A stretch of DNA of 64,000 bases from Planctomycetota bacterium (lineage in GTDB: Bacteria; Planctomycetota; UBA1135; UBA2386), in contig JBKAGP010000001.1 of the NCBI GenBank assembly GCA_046290465.1, positions 3,632,270 through 3,696,269 of the forward strand, given 5' to 3'. The position numbers were made by a program, and so were the translations under genes. Shown piece after piece: positions 21,560 through 30,943 of this stretch; the stretch's first letter is position 1, and each line of letters opens with the position of its first letter. The notes beneath the pieces are model-generated. The model was given only the letters and a program-made list of their open reading frames with translations. It did not search any database and was not told where the DNA came from.

Positions 21560-22879
21560 ATGGCCGCCACCCAGCTCCGCATCCTCTCCTTCGTGCTCGC
21601 CACCCTCGCGGCGAACGCAGCCCCCGCCCAGGCCGAATCGGAGGCCAAGGCCCCAACGAAGAACCAGGCCGCTCCGGAGACCCAGGCCGCCCGCCCGGAC
21701 GCGCCGACCGGCGTCTGGAACCAGTGGCGCGGGCCCGACCGCAACGGCCACTGTCCCGGCGACTGGTGGCCCGAGCGGCTGACCGAGCAGCGCGTCGAGC
21801 GGCTGTGGCGGGTCGAGCTCGGCCCGAGCTACTCCGGGCCGGTCGTCGACCGCGACACGGTCTACACCACCGAGACCGTCGACAAGAAGGACGAGGTCGT
21901 GACCGCCTACGACCGCCGCACCGGCAAGCGCAAGTGGCGCACGTCGTGGGCCGGCGCCATGAAGGTGCCGTTCTTCGCGGCCAAAAACGGCTCGTGGATC
22001 CGTTCGACGCCGGCGGTCGACGACGACTCGATCTACGTGGCCGGCATGCTCGACGTGCTGGTCTGCCTCGACAAGGAGACCGGCGAGGAGCGCTGGCGGG
22101 CCGACTTCACCCGGCGCTTCGACGCGCCCAAGCCCGACTTCGGCTTCGTCTGCTCGCCGCTGGTGGTCGGCGACCACGTCTACGTGCAGGCCGGCGCGAG
22201 CTTCGTCAAGGTCGACAAGAAGACCGGCGAGACCGTCTGGCGTTCGATGAAGGACGGCGGCGGCATGTTCGGCAGCGCGTTCAGCTCGCCGACGCTGGCG
22301 ACGATCGCCGGCAAGGAGCAGCTGCTGGTGCAGAGCCGCAACGAGCTGGCCGGCGTCGCCGTCGACGACGGCGAGGTGCTCTGGTCCAAGAAGATCCGCG
22401 CGTTCCGCGGCATGAACATCCTGACGCCGCAGCCCTACAAGGACTCGGTGTTCATCTCGGCCTACGGCGGCCGCGCCCACCGCTTCGACGTGTCGTCGAC
22501 CGACGGCGCGTTCGCGGCCAACGAAGCGTGGAACAACCGCGCCCAGGCCAACATGACCTCGCCGGTCGTCATCGACCACTACGCCTATCTCTACCTGCGC
22601 GCCAAGCGCTTTGCGTGCGTCGACCTCGACAGCGGCGAGGAGGTCTGGCGTTCGAGCGGCATGGCCGACGACTACTGGTCTCTGGTCGCGCAGGGCGAAC
22701 GCATGCTGGCGCTGACCGACGCCGGCGAACTGCACCTGATCCAGCACGATCCCGATGACCTGAAGATCCTCGACACGCTGCAGATCTCCGACGGCAAGAC
22801 CTGGGCACACCTGTGCGTGGACGGCGGCCAGCTGATCGTGCGCGAGCAGGACGGCCTGGCGGCGTGGTCGTGGAAGTAG
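21560..22879 (+). CDS. PQQ-like beta-propeller repeat protein
   Basis: Internal ATG of ORF 21161..22879 giving a signal peptide MAATQLRILSFVLATLAANAAPAQA. W-N-Q-W-R-G-P-D-R-N-G. Confidence 0.8.
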   Translation: MAATQLRILSFVLATLAANAAPAQAESEAKAPTKNQAAPETQAARPDAPTGVWNQWRGPDRNGHCPGDWWPERLTEQRVERLWRVELGPSYSGPVVDRDTVYTTETVDKKDEVVTAYDRRTGKRKWRTSWAGAMKVPFFAAKNGSWIRSTPAVDDDSIYVAGMLDVLVCLDKETGEERWRADFTRRFDAPKPDFGFVCSPLVVGDHVYVQAGASFVKVDKKTGETVWRSMKDGGGMFGSAFSSPTLATIAGKEQLLVQSRNELAGVAVDDGEVLWSKKIRAFRGMNILTPQPYKDSVFISAYGGRAHRFDVSSTDGAFAANEAWNNRAQANMTSPVVIDHYAYLYLRAKRFACVDLDSGEEVWRSSGMADDYWSLVAQGERMLALTDAGELHLIQHDPDDLKILDTLQISDGKTWAHLCVDGGQLIVREQDGLAAWSWK

Positions 22880-23001
22880 CCCGGCCCCACTAGGAGCGCG
22901 TCCATGTAGTGGACGCGCTGCCAACCGTGATCGCGGAAGCGGAGTGTACGCGTGCGAACGGAGCTTTGCCCGCCAGCGATCCGGCCACCCCTGGATCCCA
23001 C

Positions 23002-23078
23002 AAACACCGCATACCGAACCCGGTTCATCCTGCGCCGTTTCACGGCGCAGGATGAACCGGGTTCGGTATGCGGTGTTT
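23002..23078. repeat. REP-like palindromic element, copy A: perfect 36-bp inverted repeat with 5-nt loop
   Basis: aaacaccgcataccgaacccggttcatcctgcgccg-tttca-cggcgcaggatgaaccgggttcggtatgcggtgttt. Intergenic between the beta-propeller gene and the mqnA-like gene. Confidence 0.85.
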
Positions 23079-23175
23079 GCGCCGAACGGGTCTCCGCGGC
23101 GTTGATCGTGCCCTGCGGGGAAACGGGCTTCGCCCGCTAGGCATTCGTCCGCACCGGCTGCATGCTGCTGCCGAC

Positions 23176-23916
23176 GTGAGCATTCGAATCGGCGGAGTCC
23201 CCTATGGTGTCGGCGCGCCCCTGCTGGGCGGCCTCGAGGACGCACCCGGCGTCGAACTGGTGCGAGAGCCGCCGACGGCGATGATCCCGGCGCTGCGCGC
23301 GGGCACGCTGGACGCGGCGCTGCTGTCGTCGGTCGAGGCGATCCGGCACCCCGGCTACACGATCGCCGGCGGACTCGGCATCGCGTGCAAGCGGGAGATC
23401 CGTTCGGTGCGTGCCTTCCGTCGCCGCGGCCGCAAGATCCGGCGCGTCGGCTGCGACCGCAGCTCGGCGACGACCGTGTCGCTGCTGCGCCTGTTGCTGC
23501 AGCACGTGCACCACGCAGAAGTCGACGGCACCCCCGAGTTCGAGACGATCGAGCCGACCCGCGCACCGGACGAACTGCCGCACGACCTGGTGATGCTGAT
23601 CGGCGATCCGGGGCTCGAGGCCGACGCCGGCGACCGCGAGGTCTGGGACCTCGGCACCGAGTGGGTTCGCTGGACCGGCCTGCCGTTCGTGTTCGCCCTG
23701 TGGGTGCTGCGTCCCGGCGTCGACCACGACGCCGTGCTGCCGGTGCTGCAGCGCGCGCGCGAAGTCGGCCGGCAGCGCGGCGCCGTCGACGGCACCGAAG
23801 GTGCCGCCCACTACGAACTCGACGACCAGGACCTGGTCGGCCTGCGCCGCTTCTGGACCGAATGCCGCGCCCTCGGCATCGGCACCGAACCCGACCCCGA
23901 GTTCGTGACCCCCTGA
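23176..23916 (+). CDS. mqnA: MqnA/MqnD-family protein (futalosine-pathway menaquinone biosynthesis, periplasmic-binding-protein fold)
   Basis: GTG start. IRIGGVPYG..GVELV.E.P..M..ALRAGTLDAALLSSVEAIRHPGYTI..GLGIACKREIRSV matches the conserved MqnA layout. No other mqn genes are in the window. Confidence 0.55.
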   Translation: MSIRIGGVPYGVGAPLLGGLEDAPGVELVREPPTAMIPALRAGTLDAALLSSVEAIRHPGYTIAGGLGIACKREIRSVRAFRRRGRKIRRVGCDRSSATTVSLLRLLLQHVHHAEVDGTPEFETIEPTRAPDELPHDLVMLIGDPGLEADAGDREVWDLGTEWVRWTGLPFVFALWVLRPGVDHDAVLPVLQRAREVGRQRGAVDGTEGAAHYELDDQDLVGLRRFWTECRALGIGTEPDPEFVTP

Positions 23917-23952
23917 TTCGTCACCCACCGATTCGTGACCCACTGACGCCGC

Positions 23953-24042
23953 AAACACCGCATACCGAACCCGGTTCAGCCTGCGCCGTGAAACGGCGCA
24001 GGCTGAACCGGGTTCGGTATGCGGTGTCGGTATGCGGTGTCC
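23953..24042. repeat. REP-like palindromic element, copy B (carries T-to-G / A-to-C compensatory pair relative to copy A, plus a 13-nt tandem duplication cggtatgcggtgt)
   Basis: Left arm 23953-23988, loop tgaaa, right arm 23994-24027. The left arm is identical to copy A except ttcaTcc to ttcaGcc, and the change is mirrored in the right arm (gAtgaa to gCtgaa). Confidence 0.85.
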
Positions 24043-24081
24043 GGGGGTGTTCGTGGTGTGGTGGCGGGGTACCGTTCGTGC

Positions 24082-25359
24082 ATGATCTTGCTGCTGGCGG
24101 CCCTGCTTCCGACGATTGCGCCACAAGGGGACGACTGGCCGCAGTGGCGCGGACCGACGCGCGACGGTGTCTGGCGCGAACAGGGCATCGTCGAGCAGCT
24201 GCCCGAACGGCTCTCGCCCCGTTGGCAGGTCGAGATCGGCGCGGGCTACACCGGGCCGACCGTCGCCGACGGCCGCGTCTACGTCATGGATCGGCTCGAC
24301 GAACCCGACGAGGTCGAACGGGTGCACTGCTTTGCCTGGCAGACCGGCGAACCGATCTGGTCGCACAGCTACGCGTGCTCGTATGCAGGGGTCTCCTACA
24401 CGGCGGGGCCGCGCTGCGCCGTGCAGATCTTCGACGGCCTCGCCTACAGCCTCGGCGCCAAGGGCCACCTGCACTGCTTCGACGCGAAGACCGGCGAGGT
24501 CGTGTGGCAGCAGGACCTCGACGCCGCATACACGATCGACCTGCCGATCTGGGGCATCGCCGCGGCACCGGTCGTCGAAGGCGACCTGCTGATCGTGCCC
24601 GCGTGCGGCAAGGACGCCTACCTCGTCGCGTTCGATCGCCGCACCGGCAAACCCCGCTGGGCCGCGCACTCGGACCGCGGCAACTACTCGGCGCCCATCG
24701 TGATCGAACAGGCCGGCAAGCGCCTGCTGGTCTGCTGGTCCGGCGATCGTGTGCTCGCCGTGCATCCGGACACCGGCAAGCTCGCCTGGGAATACCCGCT
24801 GAAGTCGCGCAACATGCCGCTCGGCGTCGCGTCGCCGCTCCTGCACGAGGACTGCCTGTTCCTGACCGGCTTCTACGACGGCTGCGCGCTGCTGCGCCTC
24901 GACCAGGAGAAGCTCGCCGTCGAGGAACTATGGCGCCTGCGCGGCCCGAGCGAGCGCCGCACGCGCGGCCTGCACAGCACGATCTCGACGCCGATCGCGC
25001 TCGGCGGGCACGTCTACGGCGTCGACAGCTACGGCGAACTACGCTGCCTCGCACTCGCCGACGGCAGCCGCGTCTGGGAGGACCGGACCGCCGTGCCGCG
25101 AAGCCGCTGGGCGACGATCCACTTCGTGCGCAACGGCGAACGCATCTGGATGTTCAACGAACGCGGCGAACTGCTGATCGCCCGCCTGTCGCCCGACGGC
25201 TTCGAGGAGATCGACCGCGCAGCGTTGATCTCGCCGACCCGCGGCCAGCTCAACCGCCGCGGTGGAGTCTGCTGGTCCCATCCCGCGTTCGCCTACGGCC
25301 ACGTGTTCGCACGCAACGACGAACGGCTCGTCTGCGCCGACCTGCGACGGGCGAAGTGA
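24082..25359 (+). CDS. PQQ-like beta-propeller repeat protein
   Basis: Start MILLLAALLPTIAPQGDDWPQWRGPTRDG. The ORF-track start at 24019 lies inside repeat copy B and is rejected. Confidence 0.8.
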   Translation: MILLLAALLPTIAPQGDDWPQWRGPTRDGVWREQGIVEQLPERLSPRWQVEIGAGYTGPTVADGRVYVMDRLDEPDEVERVHCFAWQTGEPIWSHSYACSYAGVSYTAGPRCAVQIFDGLAYSLGAKGHLHCFDAKTGEVVWQQDLDAAYTIDLPIWGIAAAPVVEGDLLIVPACGKDAYLVAFDRRTGKPRWAAHSDRGNYSAPIVIEQAGKRLLVCWSGDRVLAVHPDTGKLAWEYPLKSRNMPLGVASPLLHEDCLFLTGFYDGCALLRLDQEKLAVEELWRLRGPSERRTRGLHSTISTPIALGGHVYGVDSYGELRCLALADGSRVWEDRTAVPRSRWATIHFVRNGERIWMFNERGELLIARLSPDGFEEIDRAALISPTRGQLNRRGGVCWSHPAFAYGHVFARNDERLVCADLRRAK

Positions 25360-25408
25360 CGCCATCCCCCGACCCTGCATCGCGGACCCCGATGGCGGGC
25401 ACCGCATG

Positions 25409-25468
25409 AAACACCGCATACCGAACCCGGTTCAGCCTGCGCCGTGAACCGGGTTCGGTATGCGGTGT
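25409..25468. repeat. REP-like palindromic element, copy C (shortened version: the central 10 nt become the loop)
   Basis: aaacaccgcataccgaacccggttca-gcctgcgccg-tgaaccgggttcggtatgcggtgt. Intergenic between two beta-propeller genes. Confidence 0.8.
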
Positions 25469-25556
25469 CCGGCTGCGGCGGGCGTGGTGGGAGGTTGCTG
25501 GTGGCGGATCCGGGTGCGGGGGTGACGGGCGGTGCGGGACCCTGCACGATGGCGGG

Positions 25557-26912
25557 ATGCACACCGCGATGATCGCGTTCGCTCTCTCGTTGGCGGCGCC
25601 GGCGCTGCTTGCGCAGCAGGCGCAGGACCCGGCGGCGACCAGTTGGCCGTCCTACCACGGTGCGTTCGGCCGCGGCGTCGCCGACGGCTTCGCGACGCCG
25701 GTCGAGTGGGACGTCGAGGCGGGCACCAACATCGCCTGGTCGACCAAGATCCCGGGCCTGTCGCACTCGTCGCCGGTCGTCTGGGGTGACAAGGTATTCG
25801 TCAACACGGCGATCAAGGAAGGCGACGACGACGCGGAGCTGCGCGTTGGCCTCTACGGCGACATCAAGTCGGTCGAGGACGACTCGGAGCACGAGTTCCG
25901 GCTGCTGTGCCTCGATCGCAACAGCGGCGCGGTGCTGTGGTCCAAGCTCGTGTGGAAGGGCGTGCCGGCGATCAAGCGGCACCCGAAGGGCTCGCACGCA
26001 GCGTCGACGCCCGCGACCGACGGCGAACGCGTGGCGGTGTTCCACGGCACCGAAGGCCTGCACGTGTTCGACATGCAGGGCGAACTGCTGTGGAAGAAGG
26101 AGTTCGGGGTGCTCGACGCCGGCTTCTTCCGGATGCCGTCGGCGCAGTGGGGCTGGGCCAGTTCGCCGGTGCTGCACGGCGGCCGCGTCTACGTCCAGGC
26201 CGACCACCAGAAGGACAGCTTCGTCGCCGCGTTCGACGCCAAGACCGGCGAGCAGCTCTGGCGCACCGCGCGCGACGAGGTGCCGACCTGGTCGACGCCG
26301 ACCGTGCACATCAGCGAAGGCCGCCGCCAGCTGGTGCTCAACGGCTGGAAGCACATGGGTGGCTACGACCTCGACACCGGCAAGGAACTCTGGTGGCTCG
26401 AAGGCACCGGCGACATCCCGGTGCCGACGCCGGTCGCAGCACATGGACGGATCTTCTTGACCAACGCCCACGGCGGACCTGCGCGCATCCTGGCGATCGC
26501 CGAGGACGCCGAGGGCGAACTGTCGGTCGACGCCGACGGGGAGAACGTCGTCTGGGCAAACCGTCGCTACGGCGCCTACATGCAGTCGCCGTTCGTCTAC
26601 GGCGACGAACTCTACGTGTGCCGGGACAACGGCGTGATCACCTGCTGGGACGCCAAGACCGGCACCCAGCACTACCGCCAGCGGCTGACCGCCGGCGTCG
26701 GCTACACGGCGTCGGGCGTCGCCGCCGACGGCAAGCTCTACTACCCGAGCGAGGAGGGCGTCGTGCACGTCGTCAAGGCCGGCAAGAGCTACCAACTGCT
26801 GGCGACCAACGACCTCGGCGAGACCTGCATGGCGTCGCCCGCGATCTCGCAGGGCATGCTGCTGTTCCGCACCCGCACGCAGCTGATCGCGGTGGCCGCG
26901 CCGAAGAAGTAG
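25557..26912 (+). CDS. PQQ-like beta-propeller repeat protein
   Basis: Signal peptide plus W-P-S-Y-H-G variant. Blades of the form GRVYV..D...AFDAKTGEQLW. Confidence 0.8.
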   Translation: MHTAMIAFALSLAAPALLAQQAQDPAATSWPSYHGAFGRGVADGFATPVEWDVEAGTNIAWSTKIPGLSHSSPVVWGDKVFVNTAIKEGDDDAELRVGLYGDIKSVEDDSEHEFRLLCLDRNSGAVLWSKLVWKGVPAIKRHPKGSHAASTPATDGERVAVFHGTEGLHVFDMQGELLWKKEFGVLDAGFFRMPSAQWGWASSPVLHGGRVYVQADHQKDSFVAAFDAKTGEQLWRTARDEVPTWSTPTVHISEGRRQLVLNGWKHMGGYDLDTGKELWWLEGTGDIPVPTPVAAHGRIFLTNAHGGPARILAIAEDAEGELSVDADGENVVWANRRYGAYMQSPFVYGDELYVCRDNGVITCWDAKTGTQHYRQRLTAGVGYTASGVAADGKLYYPSEEGVVHVVKAGKSYQLLATNDLGETCMASPAISQGMLLFRTRTQLIAVAAPKK

Positions 26913-26967
26913 CGGCGCCCTTACGCAGAGCTGACGCAAGCTCGGGCGCGACGCGTAGCATCGGGAC

Positions 26968-28338
26968 ATGTCGCCCGTGCTGCCCGCCCTGTTCGTCGCC
27001 GCGATGTCCTGCGGCCTGCCGCTCGCCCAGCAAGGCCGGCAGGCGACTCCGGAGAGCCGGCCAGGGCTCGAGGCGCAGCACCAGCGCGGCGACTGGAGCA
27101 GCTGGCGCGGCCCGCTCGGCACCGGCGTGGCGCCGCAGGCCGATCCGCCGATCCAGTGGAGCGAACGGCAGAACGTGCGCTTCAAGGTCGCGGTGCCCGG
27201 CTTCGGCTACGGCACACCGATCGTGCACGGCAACCAGGTCTTCGTGACCGCGGCGGAGCCGTTCGGGCCCGAACTCGCGCCGGTGCCCGACGACGCACCC
27301 GGTGCGCACGACAACGCGCGCGTCACGCAGAAGCACCGCTTCCTGGCGATGGCGTTCGACGCACGCACCGGCGAGCAGCTGTGGCGAACGGACCTGCACC
27401 AACAGCTGCCGCACGCGGGCTTCCACCAGAGCAGCGCGCTCGCAGCGGCGTCGGCGGTGACCGATGGCGAACACGTGTTCGCGTTCTTCGGCTCGTACGG
27501 CCTCTACTGCCTGACGGTCGACGGCGATCTGGTCTGGCAGACCGACCTCGGCGACATGGACATCAAGCACGGCCACGGCGAAGGCGTCACGCCGGTGCTG
27601 CACGGCGACACGCTGGTCGTCAACTGGGACCACGAGGGGCCGTCGTTCGTCGTCGCGTTCGACAAGGCGACCGGCGAGGAGCGCTGGCGCAAGCAGCGCG
27701 ACGAGGTGACCTCGTGGTCGACGCCGATCACCGTCGAGCACGACGGCCGCGTGCAGGTGATCGTCAGCGCGACCGGCGCCGTGCGCGCCTACGACCTCGC
27801 GACCGGCGACGTGATCTGGTCGTGCCGCGGCCTGTCGCACAACGTCGTCGCGTCGCCGGTCGCCGCGGACGGCTTCGTCTACGCGGGCAGCAGCTACGAG
27901 AAGCGGCGCATGTTCGCCGTCGAGCTGCAAGGCGCCAAGGGCGACATCACCAACACCGACAGCGTCGTCTGGCGTCGGCAGCGCGGCACCCCCTACGTGC
28001 CCTCGCCGCTGCTCTACGGTGAGTGGCTCTACTTCCTCAACCACTACCAGGGCTTCCTGGCGCGCGTGCATGCGAGGACCGGACGCGAAGCCCACCGCCC
28101 GATCCGCCTGCCCGGCATGCGCGCGATCTACGCCTCGCCGGTCGGCGCCGCCAACCGGATCTACCTGACCGATCGCGAAGGTGTCACGCTCGTGCTCGCG
28201 CATCCTGCGAACGGCGCCGAGCCCGAGGTGCTGGCGCGCAACGTGCTCGACGACAGCTTCAGCGCGTCGATGGCGGTCGTCGGCGACGCGATCTACCTGC
28301 GCGGCCGGCAGCACCTGTACTGCCTCGCCAGGCCGTAG
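26968..28338 (+). CDS. PQQ-like beta-propeller repeat protein
   Basis: W-S-S-W-R-G-P-L-G-T-G. Closest paralog of the C-terminal half of the gene at 15705..17561 (shared VNWDHEG..FVVA.D..TGE.KW.. blocks). Confidence 0.8.
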   Translation: MSPVLPALFVAAMSCGLPLAQQGRQATPESRPGLEAQHQRGDWSSWRGPLGTGVAPQADPPIQWSERQNVRFKVAVPGFGYGTPIVHGNQVFVTAAEPFGPELAPVPDDAPGAHDNARVTQKHRFLAMAFDARTGEQLWRTDLHQQLPHAGFHQSSALAAASAVTDGEHVFAFFGSYGLYCLTVDGDLVWQTDLGDMDIKHGHGEGVTPVLHGDTLVVNWDHEGPSFVVAFDKATGEERWRKQRDEVTSWSTPITVEHDGRVQVIVSATGAVRAYDLATGDVIWSCRGLSHNVVASPVAADGFVYAGSSYEKRRMFAVELQGAKGDITNTDSVVWRRQRGTPYVPSPLLYGEWLYFLNHYQGFLARVHARTGREAHRPIRLPGMRAIYASPVGAANRIYLTDREGVTLVLAHPANGAEPEVLARNVLDDSFSASMAVVGDAIYLRGRQHLYCLARP

Positions 28339-28355
28339 CGGCGACCGCTACTTCT
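28331..28355 (+). terminator. hairpin GTAGCGG-CGA-CCGCTAC followed by a T-rich tract between convergent genes
   Basis: 7-bp stem immediately after the TAG of the upstream gene, followed by ttcttctc. Confidence 0.4.
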
Positions 28356-30540
28356 TCTCGACACGCTCGAACATGAGCTTCTGGTCCTTGCCGATGCGCA
28401 GCGCAATCGTCTTGGGGCCGGAGGCCGGCGTGATGATCTCGAGGTCGACCGGAATGCCGGAGATCGGGTAGGCGCCGTCCTTCTTCTCGTCGACACAGAC
28501 GCGGTTGCGATCGCCGTCCGGGCCGAACCAGAGCTCGCCGTCCGAGACCGACATCGCGACCTCACGCTCGCCGAGCGGGGTGTTCTTCATGGTCGGCTTG
28601 TAGCGGCCGAGGATCGACGCGAACTCCTTCTTCAGCGCCTCGGTATCGCGCGCGATCTCGGCCGGCGTGCGCATCAGCCGCCGGATGGCGCTCGGCTGCG
28701 CAAACGCGTCGCCGACCTCCACCCACTCGGCCCCCTGCAAGGCCATCACGTGCTCCTGGCCGTCCTCGGCGCGGTAGCGCGTGATGCTCTGCGGTAGCGT
28801 CAGCCCGGAGAGGCGCTGCGAGCCGTGGTAGACCAGCGTCGACCGCCGCGCGCCCTCGGTGCCGCGGAGGCGGCCCGAGTCGACGGCGAAGTAGAACGAA
28901 CGGCTGTCCCCCGCGCTCGACGCGGTGACCTTCCAGCACTCGGTCTCCGCGAACCGCACCGGGCCGGAGGTCTTCGCCCCCTCGGGGCACGTCGGCGCAA
29001 ACAGCTGCGACAGCGGGAACAGCTGCTGCAGCTCGAACCGCTCGTCGCCGGAGACCATGCGCGCGCCCTGCGGTTCGATCGCCCAGCACGAGTCCTGGTC
29101 GCACACGTAGTCGAGGCCTCCCTCGTCGAGATGCTGCACCCACAGGTCCGGCGCGACCAGCGTCATCGTCATCGGCTCCGGCGGCAGCCCGCGCAGCGGG
29201 ATCGCCCAGGTGCCGGTCAGCCGCAGCGCCTTGCCCTCGACCGCGAAGGCGTCGGCGGCAACGGCCGCTGCGTGCTTGTCGAACAGGTCCTTCGCGGCGG
29301 GCGCATCCGCCGCGGCGTCCCCGCCAGCCCCCTTGGCGACGCCACCGCCCCGGTGGTCGAGGCACGCCATGTCGCCAAGGCTGTTGCGCACGTAGATCAG
29401 CCCCCCGACGAACACCGGCATCGTCCAGTAGACGCCGCCCTCGAGCACCTTCTTGCGCGACAGCTCGCGGAACTCGTCCGGGTCCGCCTCGGCGACGATC
29501 AGTTCGCCGTCCGAGTTGAGCACCAGCAGGCGACCGCCTGCCATCGACAGCGAACCGAGACCCAGGCCGCGCACGCGCCACTTCGACTTGCCGTTGCTGT
29601 CGAGGCAGCGGAGCATCGACTCGTCGAAGCCGTAGAGGTGGTCCTCGTGCAGCACGCACGCGGTCACCTTGTTGCGCATGCGCTTGTTCGACCACAGCCG
29701 TTCGGGCTCCTTGTCGTCGCCGAGCCGGATCATCGCCGCGCCCTTGTTGTAGGCCGTCGACAAGAACACGCGATCCTCGCCGACCGCGATCGGCACCGCG
29801 CAGTGCACGGCGCTGCCCATCAGCGGCCACGGGTATTCGTAGAGCACGCGGCCGTCGTCGCGCGCGTGCACGAAGAACGTCGTCGCGCGCATCGCGGCCA
29901 GCGCCGGCGTGCCGCCCACCTCGAGCATCGCGAGGTTGGAGTAGGACGCGTCGCCGAGGTCGTTGGTCTTCCAGATGACGGCGCCGTCCTGCTTGCGCAC
30001 GGCAGCGACGAGGCCGCCGAACTGCAGGTAGATGCGGTCGTTCTCGAGCAGCGGCGACGCCGAGAAGCCGTGGAAGGTCCTCTCGACCTGCCACTCCTTC
30101 GCATAGTCGCGGGTCCAGGCGACCTTGCCGTTGGCGAGGTCGAGCACGTGCAACACGCCGAAGCGGTTGAGGCAGTAGACGCGGCCGTCGTGGATCGTCG
30201 GCGTCGTCAGCGTGCCGCCGCCGTGGTAGCGCGGTTCGTCGGACGAGTCGTATTCGTACTTCCAGAGCCGCTTGCCCGTCTTGGCGTCGAGGCAGAGCAC
30301 GCGATCGACGCCCTCCTTCTCGTGGTAGCCCATCGTGACGAGCTGGCCGCCCACGATCGACGGGCACGAGTAGCCGAGCCCGACGTTGGCGCGCCACAGC
30401 GGCTCGTCCGCGCCGACCGGCGACCAGTCGCGCGCGGCGACGATTGCGGTGCGGTCCGGGCCGCGGTATTCCGGCCAATCGGGACCCTGGGGAGCGGACA
30501 GAACGAGGGCACTGAAGAGGGTGAGCATGGGCCCGCACAT
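28348..30540 (-). CDS. PQQ-like beta-propeller repeat protein fused to a C-terminal domain of about 340 aa with unknown function
   Basis: W-P-E-Y-R-G-P-D-R-T near the N-terminus. Start is ambiguous (ATG 30540 MCGPMLTL.. or ATG 30528 MLTLFSAL..). After about residue 400 the sequence has no propeller motifs. Confidence 0.7.
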   Translation of the reverse strand: MCGPMLTLFSALVLSAPQGPDWPEYRGPDRTAIVAARDWSPVGADEPLWRANVGLGYSCPSIVGGQLVTMGYHEKEGVDRVLCLDAKTGKRLWKYEYDSSDEPRYHGGGTLTTPTIHDGRVYCLNRFGVLHVLDLANGKVAWTRDYAKEWQVERTFHGFSASPLLENDRIYLQFGGLVAAVRKQDGAVIWKTNDLGDASYSNLAMLEVGGTPALAAMRATTFFVHARDDGRVLYEYPWPLMGSAVHCAVPIAVGEDRVFLSTAYNKGAAMIRLGDDKEPERLWSNKRMRNKVTACVLHEDHLYGFDESMLRCLDSNGKSKWRVRGLGLGSLSMAGGRLLVLNSDGELIVAEADPDEFRELSRKKVLEGGVYWTMPVFVGGLIYVRNSLGDMACLDHRGGGVAKGAGGDAAADAPAAKDLFDKHAAAVAADAFAVEGKALRLTGTWAIPLRGLPPEPMTMTLVAPDLWVQHLDEGGLDYVCDQDSCWAIEPQGARMVSGDERFELQQLFPLSQLFAPTCPEGAKTSGPVRFAETECWKVTASSAGDSRSFYFAVDSGRLRGTEGARRSTLVYHGSQRLSGLTLPQSITRYRAEDGQEHVMALQGAEWVEVGDAFAQPSAIRRLMRTPAEIARDTEALKKEFASILGRYKPTMKNTPLGEREVAMSVSDGELWFGPDGDRNRVCVDEKKDGAYPISGIPVDLEIITPASGPKTIALRIGKDQKLMFERVEKK

Positions 30541-30583
30541 GGTAGCCCTGCAGCCGCACACGCGGCTTTCAAAGAGCACGGTG

Positions 30584-30612
30584 TTGACAACAACGACGCA
30601 GCTCGCTATGGT
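30584..30612 (+). promoter_or_regulatory. near-consensus sigma70-type promoter TTGACA-N17-TATGGT
   Basis: TTGACA 30584-30589, 17-nt spacer, TATGGT 30607-30612. Predicted TSS about 30619. Confidence 0.5.
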
Positions 30613-30618
30613 CCCGCG

Positions 30619-30762
30619 CCGCCATGAGCCACCAGTTGCACAACCAGATCGACACGTCGCGCTTTCGCGACCTGAGGTCTACGCACGCGAGCTGATCGAT
30701 CCACGATCGCTCTCGTCACAAAGGCCTCGCCACCGATTGCGGTGCGAGGCCTTTTCGGTTTT
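30619..30762 (+). ncRNA. candidate small transcript of about 140 nt (sRNA or leaderless micro-ORF mRNA) bounded by a promoter and an intrinsic terminator
   Basis: Transcript bracketed by the promoter above and a terminator at 30723-30762. Contains a 23-codon ORF 30624..30695 (MSHQLHNQIDTSRFRDLRSTHAS) starting about 5 nt after the predicted TSS. Confidence 0.3.
30723..30762 (+). terminator. rho-independent terminator
   Basis: GGCCTCGC(C)ACCG-attg-CGGTGCGAGGCC stem of about 12 bp with one bulge, followed by TTTTCGGTTTT. Confidence 0.6.
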
Positions 30763-30943
30763 GGAACCGGCTGCATGGCCGAACCGGCAGTGCGACCCTG
30801 CCACACACGGAAGAAGGAGGACTCCCGATGAACGACATCTGCACCGAACAACTCGTCTGAACGCCGTCCGGCGGCGCGCTCCCGGCCCATCGAGGTTCCG
30901 GCTGCGTGTTCCGCGACACGGGTTCTCACGGCGTCAGATCGCG

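Noticed and set aside
24019-24081. ATG at 24019 offered as the start of the beta-propeller gene
   Set aside because: It lies inside REP-like repeat copy B (it is part of the ..cggtATGcggtgt arm). The real start is ATG 24082, immediately before the signal peptide.
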